From the NCBI RefSeq assembly GCF_006345805.1, contig NW_021823792.1, forward strand, positions 1-22,519: a stretch of 22,519 nt of DNA, in the 5' to 3' direction. The notes beneath the pieces were generated by a model. It saw only the letters and a program-made list of their open reading frames with translations. It was not told where the DNA came from and made no database searches. The position numbers and the translations under genes are program-made. Numbering within the stretch: position 1 is the first letter of the stretch; the number at the start of each line of letters is the position of its first letter. Shown in pieces: positions 1-9,811 of this stretch. The DNA comes from Octopus sinensis (taxonomy: Eukaryota).

Positions 1-1215
1 CATTACCCTTTCGTTTACTGATTTCTGTTGAGATGCTAGTGTTCTTTTCAATACTTTAAATATAAGAAAGACTTTAGTAACATAACTTGGTTACCATAAG
101 CTAGTGTTAAGAACATGAATTGTGACTAAGGTTTTGTGGAAGATTTTAATTCAAAACTTTTGAAAACGGACATTTTACTCAGAGCCCAGAGAACCGGTTT
201 CAGCCGGGTTGGTAAAAAAAGGGTTAAGAATTGTTTCTCTATTATATATCTTAGCCATTTATTACCGTATTCTGTTGAGATGCTCTGTGCTTCTTTCAAT
301 TACTTTAAATAAATAAGAACGAAATTTAGTAAAATAACTTGGTTACCATAAGCTAGTGTTAGAACATAAATTGTGACTAAGGTTTGGTGGAAGATTTTAA
401 TTCAAAACTTTTGAAAACAGACATTTTTTATCCAGAGCAGAATGGTTTCAGCCGGGTTGGTAAAAAAAGGGTAAGATTGTTTTTCTATTATATTATCTTA
501 AGCCTTTATTACCGTATTCTGTTGAGATGCTCTGTGCTTCTTTCAATTACTTTAAACTATAAAGAATTTAGTAAAATAACTTGGTTACCATTAAGCTAGT
601 GTATGGAACATAAATTGTGACTAAGGTTTGGTGAAATTTTAATTTAAAACTTTTGAAAACAGACATTTTACTCAGAGCCAGAATTGGTTTCCAGCCGGGT
701 GGTAAAAAAAGGGTTAAGAATGTTTCTCAATTATTATCTTAAAAGCCTTTTATTACCGTATTCTGTTGAATAATCTCTGTGCTTCTTTCAATTATTTAAA
801 TTAAGAAAGAATTTAGTAAAATAACTTGGTTACCATCATAAGCTAGTGTTAGGACATAATTGTGACTCAGTTTTGGTGGAAGCTTTTAATTCAAAACTTT
901 TGAAAACAGGACATTTTTACTCAGAGCCAGAATTGGTTTCAGCCGGGTTGGTAAAAAAAGGGTTAAGAATTGTTTCTCATTATATATCTTAAGCCTTTTA
1001 TTACCGTATTCTGTTGAGATGCTCTGTGCTTCTTTCAATTACTTTAAATATAAGAAAGAATTTAGTAAAATAACTTGGTTACCATTAAGCTAGTGTTAGG
1101 AACATAAATTGTGACTAAGGTTTGGTGGAAGATTTTAATTCAAAACTTTTGAAAACAGGACATTTTTACTCAGAGCCAGAACCAGTTTCAGCCGGGTTGG
1201 TAAAAAAAGGGTTAA
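1..1215. repeat. Tandem array of five ~247-bp units, each a piggyBac-like MITE plus a short spacer
   Basis: Unit ends GGTAAAAAAAGGG(T)TAA fall at 227, 474, 717, 966 and 1215. Left ends read TTA(A)CCCTTT/TTAAGCCTTTATTACC, i.e. TTAA-flanked short inverted termini. Confidence 0.75.
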
Positions 1216-1306
1216 ACATGCCGGGCAAAATTCTTTGCTGCATTTTGTTCAATTTCCTGTTTTGAGTTGAAATTTGACTGAGCCTTGCAGCCTTTCAGTG
1301 GTCATT

Positions 1307-1915
1307 CTTTTTACTCTTTTACTTGTTTCAGTCATTTGACTGTGGCCATGCTGGAGCACCACCTTTAGTTGAGCAAATAAACCTCAGGACGTATTCTTTG
1401 GAAGCCTAGTACTTATTCTATTGGTCTCTTTTGCCGAACTGCTAAGTTACGGGGACGTAAACACACCAGCATCGGTTGTCAAGCGATGTTAGGGGGGACA
1501 AACACACACACACACATATACACACACATGTGACCGTGTGTGTACCGCTGGTGATTTTTTTCCTCCGTCTTCCCTTCTTTGGATCTTTCCTTTTCCTATG
1601 TTTCTGACGAGAGCTCCGCTCGAAATGTAAAACCCTCCTTCTTCCCTTCCTTCCTGAGCGTCCAATAATACTATATTTGCTCCACGTCCTCGCGTTGTGT
1701 TTTCTCTTTGTGTTTTCATGTTTGGATTAACTATATATATCTATACATACATATATACGATGGGCTTCTTTCAGTTTCCGTCTACCAAATCCACTCACAA
1801 GGCTTTGGTTGGCCCGAGGCTATAGTAGAAGACACTTGCCCAAGGTGCCACGCAGTGGGACTGAACCTGGAACCATGTGGCTGGTAAGCAAGCTACTTAC
1901 CACACAGCCACTCCT
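1307..1915 (-). mobile_element. tRNA-derived CORE-type SINE (family B, OR2-like), interrupted by an insertion at 1528-1731
   Basis: The minus-strand head AGGAGTGGCTGTGTGGTAAG...GGTTCCAGGTTCAGTCCC has A/B-box-like motifs and is followed by CACCTTGGGCAAGTGTCTT (CORE-like), an internal (TG)n and a TAAAAGAG-type tail. Copies recur in the window. Confidence 0.8.
1528..1731 (+). mobile_element. Short Penelope-like terminal-repeat fragment with a hammerhead-like motif (1600-1633)
   Basis: Inserted in the (CA)/(TA) tract of the SINE. A closely related inverted copy lies at 18179-18359. Motif: gttt-CTGACGA-GAGC-tcc-GCTC-GAAA-tgt-A-aaac. Confidence 0.65.
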
Positions 1916-1918
1916 GTG

Positions 1919-2207
1919 TACCAGCCAAATTCTAGGGTCGATGTAACTGAATAACCCCTCCCCCCCCATTCAATTTCAAGTCTTGTACCTTAAGTAGAAC
2001 GCTTATTGTTATTACAGGAGCAAGCTGGCAGAGTTGTTAGCACACCGGACAAACGTTTAGCAGCAATTTGTCTGTCTTAATGCTCTGAGTTCAAATCCCG
2101 CTGAGGTCGACTTTGCCTTTTATCCTTTCAGGGTCGATAAATTAAGTACCAGTGAAACACTGGGGGTGATCTAATTGACTAGTCCCCTCCCCCAAAATTT
2201 CAAGCCT
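1919..2207 (+). mobile_element. Family A SINE: tail fragment (1919-2015) plus near-complete copy (2016-2207)
   Basis: Head AGCTGGCAGA..GTTAGC, B-box-like GAGTTCAAATCC, and the central block GAGGTCGACTTTGCCTTT(T/C)ATCCTTTCAGGGTCGATAAATTAAGTACCAG, which recurs many times in the window and resembles the Meta/MESC SINE domain (from memory). Confidence 0.75.
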
Positions 2208-2323
2208 CGAATCTGAAATTCTGGACGAAGTGGGACTAGTCTTTACAAGTATAGAAAATCAGACATTTGAAATAATGAAAAATGTATGTAAGTGTGTATA
2301 TAGGTGCATATGTTCATCTTTCT

Positions 2324-2545
2324 ACTCACACTCAAAATCTCACTCACACTCAAGGTTTCACTCACACTCAAAATCTCGCTTACACTCAATGTCTCACTCA
2401 CACTCAAGGTCTCATGTATACTAATTATCTCTCAAACAACACTCATACACAAATACAAGCACAAGGTCTCACTCATATACAAATACTCACGCTCAACCAA
2501 CGTTTCATTGTCACTCACAGTTACACTCAAGATGCCACTCATACT
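2324..2545. repeat. Degenerating 18-bp minisatellite (ACTCACACTCAARRTYTC)
   Basis: Five clear units run from 2324 (actcacactcaaaatctc / actcacactcaaggtttc ...) and then decay toward the exon acceptor. Confidence 0.8.
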
Positions 2546-2574
2546 CATGCCTTTACTCTGTTTCTATTCGACAG

Positions 2575-2676
2575 CGTCATCCAAAGATGGATTTGAACAA
2601 AACTGATCTGCTGAGACTGTTGAGCTACTTAGAAGGAGAGTTGCAAGCCCGTGACGTTGTCATAGCAACACTGAAG
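2575..2676 (+). CDS. CTTNBP2: CTTNBP2-family gene, first recognisable coding exon (RHPK-MDLNKTDLLRLLSYLEGELQARDVVIATLK)
   Basis: A pyrimidine tract plus ACAG acceptor ends at 2574 and the donor is AAG|GTTGGT at 2676/2677. The exon is 102 nt, phase 0. The peptide matches the CTTNBP2/CTTNBP2NL N-terminal motif L..LLS.LEGEL.ARD.VI..L[KR]. ATG at 2587 has a good Kozak context (AAGATGG), so 2575-2586 may be UTR or coding. Confidence 0.9.
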
Positions 2677-2801
2677 GTTGGTATGGCACACTGTGCCTCT
2701 CTTTTTGCATTTGCTTTCATCTTGTTGTTGTTATTTCTTCTGGTCTTCTTCTTCTTCCTCTTCCATCCATACAAACTCCAACACGTTTCCTTTATTCTTG
2801 A

Positions 2802-3054
2802 CTAGCAGTATCGCCCAGCGTTGCTCAGGTTTGTAAGGGAAATTAAAAATGCGGAAAAATGATGGTAATTCTTTTTTTAAATCGTAGACTCATCGTAGAC
2901 ACGTGCTAATACCCAGAAGGGCTCGATATGAATCACGACTATAAGATACCCGCTTTTGGTTAAACTGCACCACAAAATGTGGGAGTAGTTAGGAATCTAA
3001 ATCGGAGTAGACAGACACAACACACACACACAACTTTAGTTTTATATATAAAGA
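2802..3054 (-). mobile_element. Non-autonomous Helitron-like element
   Basis: The minus strand begins A|TCTTTATATATAAAA (3054) and ends with an imperfect hairpin then ...CTGCTAG|T (2802). It is inserted between A and T with no TSD, and has a (CA)/(GACA) tract near the 5' end. Confidence 0.65.
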
Positions 3055-3062
3055 TTTCTTTC

Positions 3063-3180
3063 ATAAGTAGATTTAACCCTTCTGTTACCATAATTCTGTT
3101 GAAATACTCTGCCTTTGTTTCATTTAATTTTGAAAATAATGAGGAATTTAATTAAATAACTTCGTCGTTATTAAGTTGGT
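3063..3180 (+). mobile_element. Left half of an older piggyBac-like MITE related to the array at 1-1215
   Basis: TTAACCCTTCTGTTACCATAATTCTGTTGAAAT... aligns by eye to the array unit start and is cut off by a SINE insertion. Confidence 0.6.
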
Positions 3181-3181
3181 A

Positions 3182-4030
3182 AAGGCGGTAAGCTGGCAGA
3201 TTTGCTGTTGTTGTGACCCCCTTCGGTCATGACTGACCATGGGATTGCACCTAGAAAGTTCCCCTCCGAGGCACAAGTCCAGGCAAGGTTGTTTATGGAA
3301 GACCAGCAGCCACCCATGCATACCAGCCTCCCCTCTCCATGCCATTATATGTACATAAGGTAAAGGGTAAAGACCCCCTTCAGTCATGAATGACCATGGG
3401 ATTGCACCTAGAAAGTTACCCCCCAATGCACAAGTCCGGGCAAGGTTGTTTATGGAAGACCAGCAGTCGCCCACGCATACCAGCCACCGATGTTATCCAA
3501 GGGAAAGGCAAAGGGGCCGATACAGCTTGGCATCTGTGATGTTGCTGCTCATTTATTAACATGCAAGTGGCTGAGTACTCCACAGACATGTGTACACTTA
3601 ACGCAGTTCTCGGGGATATTCAGTGTGACAAGGCTGGCCCTTTGAAATACGGATACAATAAAAACAGGAAGAAAGAGTGAGAGAAAATTGTGGTGAAAGA
3701 GTACAGCAGGGATCACCACCATCCCCTACTGGAGTCGTGTAGAGCTTTAGGTGTTTTCGCTCAATAAACGCTCACAACACCTGGTCTGGGAATCGAAACT
3801 GCGATCCTACGACCACAAGTCCGCTACCCTAACCGCTGGGCCATTGCGCCTCCGAGCTGGCAGAATCATTAGTGTTCAAATTCTGCCGAGGTTGACTTTG
3901 CCTTCCATCTTTCGGAGTTGATTAAATAAGTACCAGTTATGCACTGGGGTCAATGTAATCAACTTAATCCGTTTGTCTGTCCTTGTTTGTCCCCTCTATG
4001 TTTAGCCCCTTGTGGGCAGTAAAGAAATAA
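3182..4030 (+). mobile_element. Family A SINE split by an inserted composite element (pieces 3182-3200 and 3855-4030)
   Basis: The head AAGGCGGTAAGCTGGCAGA resumes as AGCTGGCAGAATCATTAG...GTTCAAATTCTGCCGAGGTTGACTTTGCC at 3855. Confidence 0.7.
3201..3853 (-). mobile_element. Family C tRNA-SINE with a composite, duplicated 3' tail
   Basis: Head GGAGGCGCAATGGCCCAGCGGTTAGG...GTTTCGATTCCC at 3853. A ~130-bp tail block occurs twice (about 3215-3345 and 3373-3485), ending in (CAA)n and (TTTACC)n respectively. The flanks share a 10-bp duplication, AGCTGGCAGA. Confidence 0.75.
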
Positions 4031-4050
4031 ATTATTAAACTGGTATTTGA

Positions 4051-4180
4051 AGGTGGCAAGCTGGCAAAATCGTTAGCATGCTGGGCAAAATGCTTGGTGA
4101 TATTTCACCTGTCGCTGTGTTATGAGTTCAAATTCTGCCAAGGTTGACTTTGCCTTTCATCCTTTCAAGGTCGATAAATT
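4051..4180 (+). mobile_element. Family A SINE, 3'-truncated
   Basis: AAGGTGGCAAGCTGGCAAAATCGTTAGC...GAGTTCAAATTCTGCCAAGGTTGACTTTGCCTTTCATCC. Confidence 0.75.
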
Positions 4181-4244
4181 AGGTGCAGCCACTCCTGTAT
4201 ATATATATATATATATAATATATATATTATATATATATATATAT

Positions 4245-4480
4245 AAATTTATGGGAAAAAAAAAGTCAAGATAAAAAATGCTACAATAATTTTATAAAAC
4301 ACATTTCAGTACCGGTTTCAGTCATTGAGACTTTTTCAACTGTAACAATTAAATAATTAAATTTAGAACAATTAAAAAAAAAGGTTTTTTAAAAAGAATA
4401 TTTGCATAGTATTCAAATACAAGGGGCATTTTCCTTGTTTCTGCTTGTCCCTGTCTCTCTTGGTTACTCTTGTGGGTTAA
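4245..4480 (-). mobile_element. (TA)n-flanked AT-rich element with a hammerhead-like motif (4307-4342), probable Penelope-like remnant
   Basis: (TA)n lies on both sides. The minus strand reads cag-TTGAAAA-AGTC-tcaat-GACT-GAAA-CCGG-TA-ctg. Confidence 0.55.
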
Positions 4481-4490
4481 TATATATATA

Positions 4491-4640
4491 CGACGGGCTT
4501 CTTTCAGTTTCTGTCTACCAAATCCACTCATCTTTGGTCGGCCCGAGGCTATAGTAGAAGACACTTGCCCAAGGTGCCATACAGTAGGACTGAACCCAGA
4601 ACCATGTCGTTGGTAAGCAAGCCACTTACCAACGGCTCCT
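4491..4640 (-). mobile_element. Family B CORE-type SINE, head and core only
   Basis: CGACGGGCTTCTTTCAG...AGAAGACACTTGCCCAAGGTGCC...CTGAACCCAGAACCATG, the same as 1755-1915. Confidence 0.8.
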
Positions 4641-4645
4641 GCACC

Positions 4646-4800
4646 TATAGATAGATAGATAGATATACAGACAAACAGACAGACAGAAAGTTAGATAAAA
4701 AGACAGACAGGTAGACAGATGGTTTGATATATTGTCGAACAGATAGATAGAGAGGCAGATACGTAGATGGAAGGATGGTAGAGACTGATTGATTGATTGA
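4646..4800. repeat. (AGAT)/(AGAC)/(GATT)n compound microsatellite just upstream of the exon acceptor
   Basis: Seen directly. Confidence 0.85.
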
Positions 4801-4821
4801 TTTTATTCTTCTTGATTCCAG

Positions 4822-5061
4822 GCAGAGAAAGCCAAACAGCTGCTGTACCAGGCAAAGTACGGCCGGTTCGGACTGGGCGACCCATTTGTAGCCCTGCAAC
4901 GCGACTCGGATAACATGAAGGACCACAGCTTTGACGAGGCAGCCATCAAATGCATGTACGACAACCAACTAGCTCAGTTGGAGAATCTGATTGCCACACA
5001 GAGGAGGGCACAGTTAAAGATGAGAGAACAACTGGCTCAGGTAGAAAAGCGGTATCATAAG
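4822..5061 (+). CDS. CTTNBP2: CTTNBP2-family coding exon (AEKAKQLLYQAKYGRFGLGDPFVALQRDSDNM...KRYHK)
   Basis: Acceptor TTCTTGATTCCAG|GCA and donor AAG|GTGAGT; 240 nt, phase 0. YGRF.L.DPF.ALQRD is the family hallmark. Confidence 0.95.
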
Positions 5062-5078
5062 GTGAGTTTTGTTGTTGA

Positions 5079-5545
5079 ATCATCATCATCATCATTATCA
5101 TCATCATTTAGCGTCCGTTTTCCGTGCTAGCATGGGTTGGATGATTTGACTGGGGTCTGGGAAACCAGATGGCTGCACCAGGCTCCAGTCTGATCTGGCA
5201 ATGTTTCTACAGCTGGATGCCCTTCCTAACACCAACCACTCCGTGAGTGTAGTGGGTGCTTTTTACGTGCCACCGGCACAGGTGCCAGGCGAGGCTGGCA
5301 ACAGCCACGATTGGTTGGTGCTTTTTATGTCCCACCGGCACAGAAGCCAGTCAAAGCGATGCTGGCAACGACCACGATCGGATTGGTGCATTTTACGTGC
5401 CACCGGCACAGGAATCACAACTGCAGTTTCCATTGATTTTGATGTTGGTGTACTTGACTCAATGGATCTCCTCAAGCACCAAGTCGAAATGGTGTTTCTT
5501 CACTTGCCACCTTCACAGGAGTCAGTCCAGCGGTCCTGGCAACTG
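5079..5545 (-). mobile_element. (ATG)n-tailed retroelement 3' end (RTE 3'-UTR-like, family E) with an internal triplication
   Basis: The minus strand ends GGAAGGGCATCCAGCTGTAGAAAC...CCCATGCTAGCACGGAAAACGGACGCTAAA(TGA)n. GGTGC(T/A)TTTTAYGTSCCACCGGCAC occurs three times about 60-65 bp apart. The same motif lies beside the RTE fragment at about 6862-6888. Confidence 0.7.
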
Positions 5546-5602
5546 ACGGGTGCCAGTTATAGGATTGGTTCCTTACCTTAATCCATATATATGGGTGTGT
5601 AT

Positions 5603-5790
5603 ATCATCATCATCGTTTAACGTCCATTTTCTATGCTGGCATGGGTTGGATGGTTTGACATAGATCTTGCCACCCAGGGAGCTGTCCAGACTCCAGTTGT
5701 CTCTTGTGGTATGGTTTCTACGACTGGATGCCCTTCCTGATGCCAACCACGTAACAGAGTGTGCAGGATGCTTTTCATGTGCCACTGGGT
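5603..5790 (-). mobile_element. Second family E 3'-end copy (a third short piece at about 6134-6185)
   Basis: (ATC)n-GTTTAACGTCCATTTTCTATGCTGGCATGGGTTGG...CTGGATGCCCTTCCT. Confidence 0.7.
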
Positions 5791-5827
5791 GTTTTTATGC
5801 ATGTAAGCCTGCATATACATATATATG

Positions 5828-6133
5828 TGGAGGCACATGGCCTAGTGGTTAGAGCAGCGGACTCGCGGTCAAGGGATCGCGGGTTCGAATCTCAGACCGG
5901 GCGATGTGTGTGTTTATGAGTAAAACATCTAAGCTCCACGTGCCTCCGGCAGAAGGTAAGTACGAACTTCTGCTGACTCTTTCACCACAACTTTCTCTCA
6001 CTCATTCCTCCTGCATCTTGCAGCTCACCTATGACGGACCGGCATCCCGTCCAGGTGGGGAACCTATACGCCAAGAAACCGGGAAGCCGGCCCTTATGAG
6101 CCAGGTATGGCTCAAGAAGGAAGGAACAAACAA
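5828..6133 (+). mobile_element. Family C tRNA-SINE (tail variant 2)
   Basis: A box TGGCCTAGTGG and B box GGTTCGAATC. The body AAGCTCCACG...CTCTTTCACCACAACTTTCTCTCACTC is shared with the other C copies, and the tail is distinct, ending GAAGGAACAAACAA. Confidence 0.8.
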
Positions 6134-6297
6134 TCACCATCATCATCGTCATCATCATCGTTTAGCGTCCACTTTCCATGCTAGCATATACATATATATG
6201 TGTACAAGGTATACCTGAGTGCAAGAATGGGTGTCCTTGCATATGTGGATCTACGTGTTTTGACAGATGTACACGTATGTTTCCCTGTCTATAAATA

Positions 6298-6804
6298 CCG
6301 TAAATCCTCGAGTATAGTCCGCTCTTGAGTATAATACGTAGGGGAGTTTTAGGGGGCTGTACCTCTGAAAAACCTAAACCTTGTGTATAATATGCACCCT
6401 TTCTCTAACTTCAGTCAAGGAGGTCTATATAACGTCCTTGGTTTGTAAAACTATATGGTAACGTCGTTTATTATTATTGTATATATAACATAATGCAAAC
6501 GTGTAGCATTTTTGTGCATTTTGTTTGCAGAAAATAAAGAAATAACAGTAATAACGTTTAATAAATGTTGCTTACTGCAAGTTATGGATGATTCTTTTAT
6601 GACTTCATTGCTTTCAGGCTTAGCTTAAGGTATTCACAAGCCTGACATCACAAAATGCATCTGAATAAACATTGCCAGACAGCAAATAGAGACTCGGACA
6701 TTGCTTAGAAAGTATTTTTCATTTTTAACCTCGTATATAGTACATAGGGATTTTGACCTTTAAATTTTGGGGAAAAAATGTGGATTATACTTGAGGATTT
6801 ACAG
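6298..6804. mobile_element. Tc1/mariner-pogo-type MITE, 507 bp, TA target duplication
   Basis: TA|CCGTAAATCCTCGAGTATAGTCC ... GGATTATACTTGAGGATTTACAG|TA: 23-bp TIRs with 3 mismatches and no ORF. Confidence 0.85.
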
Positions 6805-6859
6805 TATGTAATAAATACACCTATTGCATATTAAATAGGTGTATTTAATGTCCATTGAC

Positions 6860-7325
6860 ACGAATGCTTTTTAAGTGGCACCGGCATCTGAAAGGACAAA
6901 CCTGTATGTATGGAGGTCAATGGTTTTAGCTTGACATGTTTTATCAAGCACAGAAAATCACCACATCTCCCAATCCGTTGTCATTTCCTCAGTGAGGCCC
7001 AACATCCGAGGATCCTTTCTCACCACTTCGTCCCATGTCTTCTTGGGTCTACCTCTTTCACAGGTACCCTCCGCAGTTAGAGCTTGGCCTTTCTTTACGC
7101 AGCTATCCTCATCTGTACACATCACTGGACCAAACCAGCTCAGTGTCTTCTCTTGCATACAACATCTACACACACACACATACACAATCATACCCATACC
7201 TACACATATATGGTGATTGCTGCCTCCTTGTGCTTCCTTGCTGTCAGTGGCACTCTGACTTTCCATCCATGACCTCACAAATGATTATTCAGTCCCATTG
7301 CACATTTGCATCATTTGAAGCCTAA
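6860..7325 (-). mobile_element. Degenerate 3' fragment of an RTE-clade LINE (ORF2 C-terminus plus 3' UTR)
   Basis: ORF 6958-7278 contains QEKTLSWFGPV..DEDSCVKK...EG...RGRPKKTWDEVVRKD..LGLTEEMTTD, the typical RTE end (RL.WFGHV.RM...RGRP..TW...V..D). A (CA)n tract lies inside it. Confidence 0.8.
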
Positions 7326-7475
7326 GTGACTAACTTACTGCACACTTGCAGCTGGTTACGTCTGCACACGTCACCATTCTTCCATTGACGTCAGACTTTC
7401 AGTTGGCGAAACAACTATTTATAAGAGGCCAGCTGATGTTTAATAAAGTATATATGCCGTTTTTATGTTTTACAG

Positions 7476-7583
7476 GTGCTCAGTGAACTGGAGGAGGAGA
7501 AGCAGAAACATGCACAAGACACGGCTCAGGGTGATGATGTCACATATATGTTGGAGAAGGAGCGGGAAAGATTGAAGCAGGAG
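7476..7583 (+). CDS. CTTNBP2: CTTNBP2-family coding exon (VLSELEEEKQKHAQDTAQGDDVTYMLEKERERLKQE)
   Basis: Acceptor TTTTACAG|GTG and donor GAG|GTAAGG; 108 nt, phase 0. HAQDTA.GDDVTYMLEKERERL matches CTTNBP2NL/FILIP1-type coiled coils. Confidence 0.95.
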
Positions 7584-7834
7584 GTAAGGAAATACTGGGT
7601 TGAGTTTCACGTGTGGATATACAAGTACATATATACACATATATACACTTATTCATGCATGTGCATACACACATACACATGCATACATACATGGTCTCTT
7701 TTGACAGTGAATCAAATGAATATGTATGAATGTATGTATGTGTAGGTGTCGAAACTGCAATGATTTCCAATTGAGCAGCCGATGATGGACTATCTGTCCT
7801 TTTATCAGTTACTTGTTTTCTTTAGACAGTGGGC

Positions 7835-8228
7835 TCTGGCCATGCTGGGGTGCTGTCTTGAAGGGTTTAGTCAAACAAACCATCCCCAGTCTTATTTATC
7901 AGTCTCTTTAGCTGAACTGCAAAGTTACAGGATGTAAACAAACCAACAGCAGTTGTTAAGTGCTGTGGGAAGAACAAACACAGACACAAAGACATATACA
8001 CAAACATATTCAAACACACACATACACACACAACATATACACATACAACATACACACACACACATATATATGCAATGGGCTTCCATGCAGTTTCCATCTA
8101 CTAAATTCACTCACAAGACATTGGACAGTCTGAGAGTTATAGTAGAAGACACTTGTCCAAGGTACCAGGTAGTGAGATTGAACCCTGCAGGTTTGTAGTT
8201 TCAAAGCAGGCTTCTTGTCCACACAGCT
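7835..8228 (-). mobile_element. Old, diverged family B CORE-type SINE
   Basis: GGCCATGCTGGGGTGCTG ... (CA)n ... TAGTAGAAGACACTTGTCCAAGGTACC, collinear with the neighbouring young copy. Confidence 0.7.
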
Positions 8229-8236
8229 AAATTAAT

Positions 8237-8418
8237 CTCTTTTTTTCACTTGTTTCAGTCATTTGACTGTGGCCATGCTGGAGCACCACCAGGATTTGTA
8301 AGCCCAGTACTTATTCTATCGGTCTCTTTTGCCGAACCGCTAAGTTACGGGGACATAAACACACCAGCATCGGTTGTCAAGCGATGTTGGGAGGACAAAC
8401 ACAGACACACTAACATAT

Positions 8419-8449
<31 letters not shown>

Positions 8450-8615
8450 CATATATACGACGGGCTTCTTTCAGTTTCCGTCTACCAAATCCACTCACAA
8501 TGCTTTGATCGGCGTGAGGCTATAGTAGAAGACACTTGCCCAAGGTGCCACGCAGTGGGACTGAACCCGGAACCATGTGGTTTATAAGCAAGCTACTTAC
8601 CACACAGCCACTCCT
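8237..8615 (-). mobile_element. Young family B CORE-type SINE, near full length
   Basis: Near-identical to 1307-1915 minus the insertion; the head ends CACACAGCCACTCCT at 8615. Confidence 0.85.
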
Positions 8616-8744
8616 ACGCCTATGTGAATGTATAATTGAAAGAGTTAATTAACATTATTAATTAGGGTTATTCTTTCAGATGTTAATTTTCAACATGTCT
8701 GCCTAATCCAAATTGAGGCATGCTTCTGAATTTGTTTTGTATGC

Positions 8745-9518
8745 ATGGACACACGGACACACACACAAACACACATACACACTCACATATACACTCACAC
8801 ACACACTCACACATATACACACACACATACACACACATACTCGCACATACACACATACACACTCACACATATACACACACATACTCGCACATACATATAC
8901 ACACACACATGCACACATACACACACATATATACACACATACACATACATACTTGCACATACACATACACACACACATACACACTCACACATATACACAC
9001 ACATACACACACATACTCGCACATGCACACACATACACACACACACACACACACACCCATTTATTTATCTCGTTTTCTTTTCTTATTTATCTCCCTGTCT
9101 TCTATGTATATGTCTGTCTGTTTGTCCGTTCAGCCATGTCTTTCTCTCTCTGTCTTTCTACCTATCTCTGTCTATCTCTCTCTCTCTCTGTTTCTTCTTT
9201 TATCCATGTATCTATCTACCTTTCTCTGCCTCTCTGTCAGTCTGTCTCTCTAGCCATCTTTCTATCTCTCTCTCCATTTGCCTACTGATCCTTCTATCTA
9301 TCTGTCTGCCTGTCTGTCTGGCAGTTTACTCTTCTCTCTTGCACTATCTCTCTCTCTGTCTCTCTCTCTATCTAACTGTCTATCTCTCTCTATCTATCTA
9401 TCTATCTACCCATCTATCTATCTATCTCTATCTATCTATCTATCTGTCTATCTATCTATCTATTTATCAATCTATCTATCTATTTCTATATCTATCTATC
9501 TATTTATCTATCTGTCTA

Positions 9519-9555
<37 letters not shown>

Positions 9556-9579
9556 TCTATCTATCTATCTAGGTGTCTG

Positions 9580-9630
<51 letters not shown>

Positions 9631-9664
9631 CTATCTATATCTATCTATCTATTTATCTATCTGC

Positions 9665-9695
<31 letters not shown>

Positions 9696-9761
9696 TCTAC
9701 CTACCTATCTATCTATCTATCTATCTATCTATATTTATCTATCTATTTATCTATCTGTCTG

Positions 9762-9810
<49 letters not shown>
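8745..9810. repeat. Compound microsatellite: (CA)/(CATA)n, then degenerate (CT)/(TCTG)n, then (ATCT)n
   Basis: Seen directly; it accounts for the TH-, LS- and IYLS-rich ORFs. Confidence 0.95.

Positions 9811-9811
<1 letters not shown>

Noticed and set aside
1-1215. Regularly spaced repeats suggesting a CRISPR array
   Set aside because: The ~247-bp units are repeated whole with no unique spacers, the context is eukaryotic, and there are no cas genes.
2677-2805. Hydrophobic extension of ORF 2587-2805 resembling a transmembrane segment
   Set aside because: It is read-through past the GT donor into a (TTG)/(TTC) intronic tract; homology continues at 4822.
5828-5905. tRNA-like sequences here and at 3780-3853, 16630-16704 and 22265-22340
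   Set aside because: They have A/B boxes, but the acceptor and anticodon stems pair poorly and each continues into a shared repeat body, so they are SINE heads rather than tRNA genes.
6958-7278. Minus-strand ORF as a host gene
   Set aside because: It is a decayed RTE ORF2 C-terminus with an inserted microsatellite, not a functional CDS.
7380-7415. TTGACGT...GTTGGCGAAAC as a possible sense-strand hammerhead
   Set aside because: The core has several mismatches, helix II is weak, and there is no palindromic helix III or helix I partner.
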